Below, piece after piece: positions 58,901-64,000 of a stretch of 64,000 nt of DNA. How positions within the stretch are numbered: position 1 is the first letter of the stretch; each line of letters opens with the position of its first letter. Source of the stretch: Bacteroidales bacterium (lineage in GTDB: Bacteria; Bacteroidota; Bacteroidia; Bacteroidales; UBA10428). Location of the stretch: NCBI GenBank assembly GCA_035299085.1, contig DATGXG010000011.1, forward strand, positions 22,640-86,639, in the 5' to 3' direction. Under the pieces are notes generated by a model. That model ran no database searches and was not told where the DNA came from. It worked only from the letters and a program-made list of their open reading frames with translations. The translations under genes and the position numbers were made by a program.

Positions 58901-59511
58901 ATTTCAACAATTCCGATTCCCTGGCGGGCAATGAAAGGAACAGGGCCTGTACAATCGATGACAGTTGAAGGGACATTATTACCATACCCCCCATCGATTA
59001 CGGCATCTACAAGGTTTTTATAATGGTCGTAAATCATCTCCGGATCCGATGTATAATCAATTACCTGGTCCTCGTCGTGCACCGATGTGGTTAGCACCGC
59101 ATTGCCCAGCTCCTTAACGATTTCGATTATTATGTTGTTATCGGGAATACGGATACCGATTGTCTTTTTACGGCTGCGAAAGATTTTCGGAACATTGCTG
59201 CTGGCTTCAAGTATAAAAGTGAATGGCCCCGGAAGGCATTGTTTCATCAGCTTAAACGTAGGATTGTTTACATGTTTGGCATAATCGGTGAGCTGGCTGA
59301 GACTATGGCAAATGAATGAGAAATTTGCTTTTTCAATATGAATTCCCTTGATCCTTGCAACCCGTTCAACAGCTTTATGACTGAAAATGTCACATCCCAG
59401 ACCATATACAGTGTCTGTGGGAAACACCAGCACGCCGTTATCGCGCAGCAATTCAACGGCTTTCTGAACCTGACGCTGGCCAGGCGTTTCCGGATGGATT
59501 CTTAACAACAT
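58897..59511 (-). CDS. Sua5/YciO/YrdC family protein
   Basis: FPTDTVYGLGC, LPGPFTFIL, IGIRIP, STVID. Confidence 0.92.
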   Translation of the reverse strand: MLLRIHPETPGQRQVQKAVELLRDNGVLVFPTDTVYGLGCDIFSHKAVERVARIKGIHIEKANFSFICHSLSQLTDYAKHVNNPTFKLMKQCLPGPFTFILEASSNVPKIFRSRKKTIGIRIPDNNIIIEIVKELGNAVLTTSVHDEDQVIDYTSDPEMIYDHYKNLVDAVIDGGYGNNVPSTVIDCTGPVPFIARQGIGIVEI

Positions 59512-59546
59512 GGTTCATGAATAAGGGGGCAAAGATAACGTAAATC

Positions 59547-60497
59547 CTAATAATACTCATAGGTATAACGTGTGAGCACCCTGTATTTTGTTGCGGGGTA
59601 AAACGTATCGAGTGTAGTACAAAGCCCTTTCTCGTCGTATTGATAAGTAATGCGATTGAAATCTTCTTTAGGGTTTCTTCTCCATTTGATTTCAAGAAGG
59701 TTCCCCTTTGTATCATAGCTCATTGTTTTCTTAACAAACCGGCTGTTTCCGGGAGACTCTTCAGTTACTTCAATCAGATCACCGGATGGCCCGTAGTTAT
59801 AAGTATTCCTTACGGTCATCTGGTTGAGTTTATAGCGGGCTTCTTCCTTCAGATTCTTGCGGTCGTCGTAATTGTAGGTCTTTTTTTCGACCGGATCAGG
59901 GCTTATTCCAAAAACAGATTCTTCAATAAGGTTTCCCCTGCTGTCATATATAAGCACGAGTTTCGAAGTGACTGTACCTGTCTTATTATATACAGCAACA
60001 TTAGTTGTAACACCATCTTTTGTAAACACCCGTTTCTCCTGCAGTATAGTTCCTTTCAAATAGCGTATCTCTGTCATCACGCCTTTAGTGTCATAGGAAT
60101 ACAGGTTTTTGAAATTTTCTACACCGTCAAATCCGCTTTCCTCTGTAAGAAGATTCTTGTCGTTATAAACGTATTTCTTCTGGTATGATCCGTCACCTGA
60201 ATTCCTTGTGTATTCGGTTTTATTGCCCTTTGAGTCATAACTGTATTTTTCAGTATGAAGCACGGTTCCTGCCGGGTTCAACGCGTTCACCTGAATTATG
60301 TCGCCTGTTGTGGCATAGGTTGTAACGGAAGTTTTAACACCGTTTTTATCGGGTTTTTCTCCGATATATTTATAATCCCAGCTATACTGATTCTTAACCT
60401 TGTTGCGGGCAATGTTCTGCTTGTTCTTCAAATCCTCGTTCTGACCATTGAGCTGAACAAATAAGCACAGAAACGTAAAAAATAAAAAATATCTCAT
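59547..60497 (-). CDS. Secreted protein of YD-like repeats
   Basis: Signal peptide; about 10 repeats of roughly 24 aa (YSYDSKGN, YDSRGNLIEE, YDTKGNLLE, YDEKG). Confidence 0.8.
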   Translation of the reverse strand: MRYFLFFTFLCLFVQLNGQNEDLKNKQNIARNKVKNQYSWDYKYIGEKPDKNGVKTSVTTYATTGDIIQVNALNPAGTVLHTEKYSYDSKGNKTEYTRNSGDGSYQKKYVYNDKNLLTEESGFDGVENFKNLYSYDTKGVMTEIRYLKGTILQEKRVFTKDGVTTNVAVYNKTGTVTSKLVLIYDSRGNLIEESVFGISPDPVEKKTYNYDDRKNLKEEARYKLNQMTVRNTYNYGPSGDLIEVTEESPGNSRFVKKTMSYDTKGNLLEIKWRRNPKEDFNRITYQYDEKGLCTTLDTFYPATKYRVLTRYTYEYY

Positions 60498-60620
60498 GTA
60501 ATAAACGCTTCGAAGTTAATGCCGTTGACCAAACTTAAGTTTTTACGGTTGACGGCCTTTAAAGTTTCGGATCATACGGAAGATTAATTGATTAATTTTG
60601 CCGTTTTGAACCTATTTAAA

Positions 60621-62615
60621 ATGAATTTAAACAGATACCTTTCCCGCAAATATATCGGACTGGCCCTTGTAATTATTTTCATTGTTTTAAATGTTTTGTT
60701 CTTTTCATTGCGTGGCCTTGTATTGAGAAAGGCAATCGAAATCATCAATACAAAAATCAAATCGCATAATTACACGGCTTATTGGGAAGGAGCCCGTTTT
60801 CGAGGGTTGAAAACTGTTTTCATAAAGCAAATTTATATTCGTTCAGAATCCGGAAACAATGAGGCACAAATTGATTCGCTGTCTGCCGGAATCCGTGTAA
60901 CCCCTCTCATATTCGGAAATATAAGATTTAAAAAAGTGCAGTGTACCTCGTTGATCTTGCGGTATCATTCCGATGATTCCATTGCAAAAGTTGAAGAGCT
61001 AAAGGAAATAAAGCCCGATTCAACAGGCGCACTTGATTTTCTGAAGGGAAAGGATTTTGCCGGAATGGCCTACAATACCATTCGTCGTTTTATCCATTAT
61101 ATTCCGGGAATCATGGATTTCAAACATCTTGAAGTCCGCCTTTACCAGAACGGTACCACGAGCATTGGCGTGTTGAATAATTTCAGACTGGACAGGAAAC
61201 ATTTGTCGGCGGATATAATCCTTTCGGATAAAACAACAAAAGTTTCAATGCCGCTCACAGGTATGTTCGACAGGCAGGCCTCTCTTGTCAGCATTGAACT
61301 CGTTCATACAGATACCGGCATGTTGCCTGTACCCCTTTTAAAGGAACGCTATGGTATTATGGCAGGATTTGATTCACTCTCTTTCAGTATGAATTTCTCT
61401 AAAAGAAACCGGCATCTGACTAATCTTACCGGACGATTTGGTTTTGCAGGACTCGTTCTTGGCGGAAAGCGACTGTCAACTGATAAGATCAGGATCAACG
61501 ATTTCTATTCCTCATTTAAAATCAATTTAGGCAATGATTATATCGAAGTGGACAGTTCATCGGTCAGTGATTTGAACAGCATCCGGCTTCGGGCCTGGCT
61601 CAGGGTTGAAACCGGGGATTCGCTGCATATTCATTTTAAAATGTTGCCGCAGACATGGGATGCACAGGCCTTTTTCAGTTCGTTGCCGGAGGGGATGTTT
61701 ACCAGTTTGATCGGAATGAAGGCAGAAGGAAAGCTTCACTTTTTTCTTGATTTTTCAGTGGATCCCGATAACCCGGACAGTCTGACATTCAACACCCGGT
61801 TAACAGGTGAAGATTTCAATATACAGCAATACGGAGCGGATGATTACAGGGTTCTAAACGGTAGTTTCAGGTACCAGGCATATGATAAGGGACGATTGAT
61901 GGCAACATATATAGTCGGTCCCGAAAATCCGGGATTTGTGACAATCGACCAGATATCGCCGTTCTTAAAGGCCTCCGTGATGACATCGGAAGACGGCAGT
62001 TTCTACTTTCATAATGGTTTTAATGCCGATGCGTTCAGGGAATCGATTGCAACCAATATACGCGAAGGGCGCTTTGCAAGGGGAGGAAGCACTATCAGCA
62101 TGCAGCTTGCCCGTAACGTTTTTCTCAACCGGAATAAAACAGTAGCCCGGAAAATTGAGGAGGCGCTGATCGTATGGCTAATTGAAAATAAGCGCCTGGT
62201 TTCAAAACAGCGGATGTACGAAGTGTACCTGAACATAATCGAATGGGGTCCCGGAATTTACGGAATCAACGATGCCAGTCATTTTTATTTCAATAAAAGG
62301 CCGGCCGACCTTAATTTGCAGGAAAGCATTTACCTGGCCAGCATAGTACCACGGCCCAAATGGTATAAATACACGTTTGAAAGCAACGGTGTGATGCGGT
62401 CATTTTACAGCAATTATTTTAACCGCATGAAACAACTGATGGTGCGGAAACAGTTTATTTCGTCACTGGATACATTTGCGGTAAAACCTGATGTTGTTCT
62501 TACAGGCAATGCATCTAAGGTATTTGCGGATACGATAAGGACGAGGGAACCCGTTGAAATGGATATGCTGCCGTCGTTGAATTATTTCGACAGGAAATTA
62601 CAAATTCAAAATTGA
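60621..62615 (+). CDS. Monofunctional peptidoglycan transglycosylase (GT51) with long N-terminal extension
   Basis: SEDGSF, RGGSTISMQL, RKIEE, YLNIIEWG; N-terminal TM. Confidence 0.88.
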   Translation: MNLNRYLSRKYIGLALVIIFIVLNVLFFSLRGLVLRKAIEIINTKIKSHNYTAYWEGARFRGLKTVFIKQIYIRSESGNNEAQIDSLSAGIRVTPLIFGNIRFKKVQCTSLILRYHSDDSIAKVEELKEIKPDSTGALDFLKGKDFAGMAYNTIRRFIHYIPGIMDFKHLEVRLYQNGTTSIGVLNNFRLDRKHLSADIILSDKTTKVSMPLTGMFDRQASLVSIELVHTDTGMLPVPLLKERYGIMAGFDSLSFSMNFSKRNRHLTNLTGRFGFAGLVLGGKRLSTDKIRINDFYSSFKINLGNDYIEVDSSSVSDLNSIRLRAWLRVETGDSLHIHFKMLPQTWDAQAFFSSLPEGMFTSLIGMKAEGKLHFFLDFSVDPDNPDSLTFNTRLTGEDFNIQQYGADDYRVLNGSFRYQAYDKGRLMATYIVGPENPGFVTIDQISPFLKASVMTSEDGSFYFHNGFNADAFRESIATNIREGRFARGGSTISMQLARNVFLNRNKTVARKIEEALIVWLIENKRLVSKQRMYEVYLNIIEWGPGIYGINDASHFYFNKRPADLNLQESIYLASIVPRPKWYKYTFESNGVMRSFYSNYFNRMKQLMVRKQFISSLDTFAVKPDVVLTGNASKVFADTIRTREPVEMDMLPSLNYFDRKLQIQN

Positions 62616-62644
62616 AATTATTTTTGCACTAAATACATCTGACC

Positions 62645-64000
62645 ATGACATTCGATATAGAGCTGATCAGGAGCATTTATGAGAAGTTGCCTGAGCAAAT
62701 TGAAACTGCACGCCGGTTGCTGAAACGGCCTTTGACATTAACCGAGAAGATATTATACGCACATCTTGAAACTCCTGCAGGCACACCGTTCGAACGGGGA
62801 AAGGATTATGTGAGTTTTATGCCCGACAGGGTTGCCATGCAGGACGCTACTGCCCAGATGGCTCTTCTGCAGTTTATGCAGGCCGGACGTAAAAAGGTGT
62901 CCGTACCATCAACAGTTCATTGTGATCACCTGGTGCTTGCAAAAGACGGGGCAGATAAGGATCTTACCACGGCTCAGTCAGTAAACCGTGAGGTATTTGA
63001 TTTTCTGTCATCCGTGGCAAATAAGTACGGCATTGGTTTCTGGAAACCGGGGGCGGGAATTATTCACCAGGTTTTGCTTGAGAATTATGCCTTTCCGGGC
63101 GGAATGATGATTGGCACTGATTCACACACTGTAAATGCCGGGGGACTGGGAATGGTTGCCATTGGTGTCGGAGGTGCGGATGCATGCGATGTTATGGCCG
63201 GATTGTCGTGGGAGTTGAGATTCCCGAAACTAATTGGCGTAAAGCTTACAGGCAAAATGAATGGCTGGACTTCAGCCAAGGACGTGATACTGAAATTAGC
63301 AGGACTGCTCTCGGTTAAAGGCGGTACCGGATACATTGTGGAATATTTCGGTGAAGGTGCCGGCACCATTTCCTGCACGGGTAAGGGCACCATTTGTAAT
63401 ATGGGTGCTGAAATCGGCGCTACTACATCGGTATTCGGCTATGATGCCAAAATGGAAGCATACCTCAGAGGCACAGGTCGTGCTGACGTAGCTGACATGG
63501 CAAATGCCATAAGCGGGCATCTGAAAGCGGATAAGGAAGTAGAATCAGAACCTGCTGCTTATTACGACCAGGTGATTGAAATCAATCTTTCAGAACTGGA
63601 ACCTTATATAAACGGGCCGTTCACTCCTGATCTGGCAACTCCCATATCTGAATTCACAAAGACTGTAATTGAAAAGGGCTGGCCGGAAAAGCTGGAGGCA
63701 GGATTGATTGGTTCATGCACGAATTCATCCTATGAAGATCTTACCCGATCGGCCTCTGTTGCCAAACAGGCAATCGATAAAAAGCTGAAGGCAAAATCGG
63801 AGTTTATAATAACGCCGGGTTCTGAGCAGGTAAGATACACCGCCGAACGGGACGGAATCCTGGATGTGTTCAGTACATTGGGCGGAACAGTGCTTGCCAA
63901 CGCCTGCGGGCCATGCATTGGACAATGGGCAAGGCATGGCGCTGAAAAACAGGAGCGGAATTCGATAATGACATCATTTAACCGGAATTTTGCCAAGCGA
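62645..64000 (+). CDS. acnA: Aconitate hydratase (mitochondrial-like, 3' truncated by window)
   Basis: Own translation from ATG 62645: [64 protein letters not shown]; absent from the ORF track because no stop is in the window. Confidence 0.94.
   Translation, partial: MTFDIELIRSIYEKLPEQIETARRLLKRPLTLTEKILYAHLETPAGTPFERGKDYVSFMPDRVAMQDATAQMALLQFMQAGRKKVSVPSTVHCDHLVLAKDGADKDLTTAQSVNREVFDFLSSVANKYGIGFWKPGAGIIHQVLLENYAFPGGMMIGTDSHTVNAGGLGMVAIGVGGADACDVMAGLSWELRFPKLIGVKLTGKMNGWTSAKDVILKLAGLLSVKGGTGYIVEYFGEGAGTISCTGKGTICNMGAEIGATTSVFGYDAKMEAYLRGTGRADVADMANAISGHLKADKEVESEPAAYYDQVIEINLSELEPYINGPFTPDLATPISEFTKTVIEKGWPEKLEAGLIGSCTNSSYEDLTRSASVAKQAIDKKLKAKSEFIITPGSEQVRYTAERDGILDVFSTLGGTVLANACGPCIGQWARHGAEKQERNSIMTSFNRNFAKR

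Noticed and set aside
88..63996. Numerous 60-180 aa ORFs nested in or antisense to long genes
   Set aside because: Shadow frames of well-supported genes, including those opposite the aconitase

Overview
Chromosomal window of a free-living, anaerobe-type Bacteroidota genome, probably Bacteroidales. Evidence: TAnnTTTG -7 promoters, a sigma-70 lacking region 1.1, tmRNA tag GEANYALAA and PFOR. Core genes include nuoLMN, cbpA-cbpM, zwf-pgl, pdxB-gnd, ssrA, rpe, rho, nifJ, ruvX, def, comEC and a partial aconitase. The main accessory locus is an 11-gene arsenic cluster (11161-18540, minus strand): thioredoxin-like gene, arsR, arsF-like, arsG/CcdA-like, DUF318 permease, ProC-fold reductase, arsC, arsM, acr3, a translationally coupled SigZ-type ECF sigma with a Cys-rich tail, and a second DUF318 permease with a candidate ECF promoter. 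One intact IS3-family element (43873-45233, AAT duplication) lies just after ssrA. The least explained signal is non-coding. Many gene junctions carry short-period (mostly 7-8 nt) tandem arrays, each with a different unit, usually as inverted pairs, and several supply or abut the neighbouring start or stop codon. There is also a 37-nt heptamer-built motif in three copies, GTAG- and CGTC-type palindromes, a 247-bp MITE-like element and a nested hairpin fused to tRNA-Ser. No CRISPR array, integrase or prophage was seen. All calls come from reading the sequence and recognising motifs; no database searches were run.
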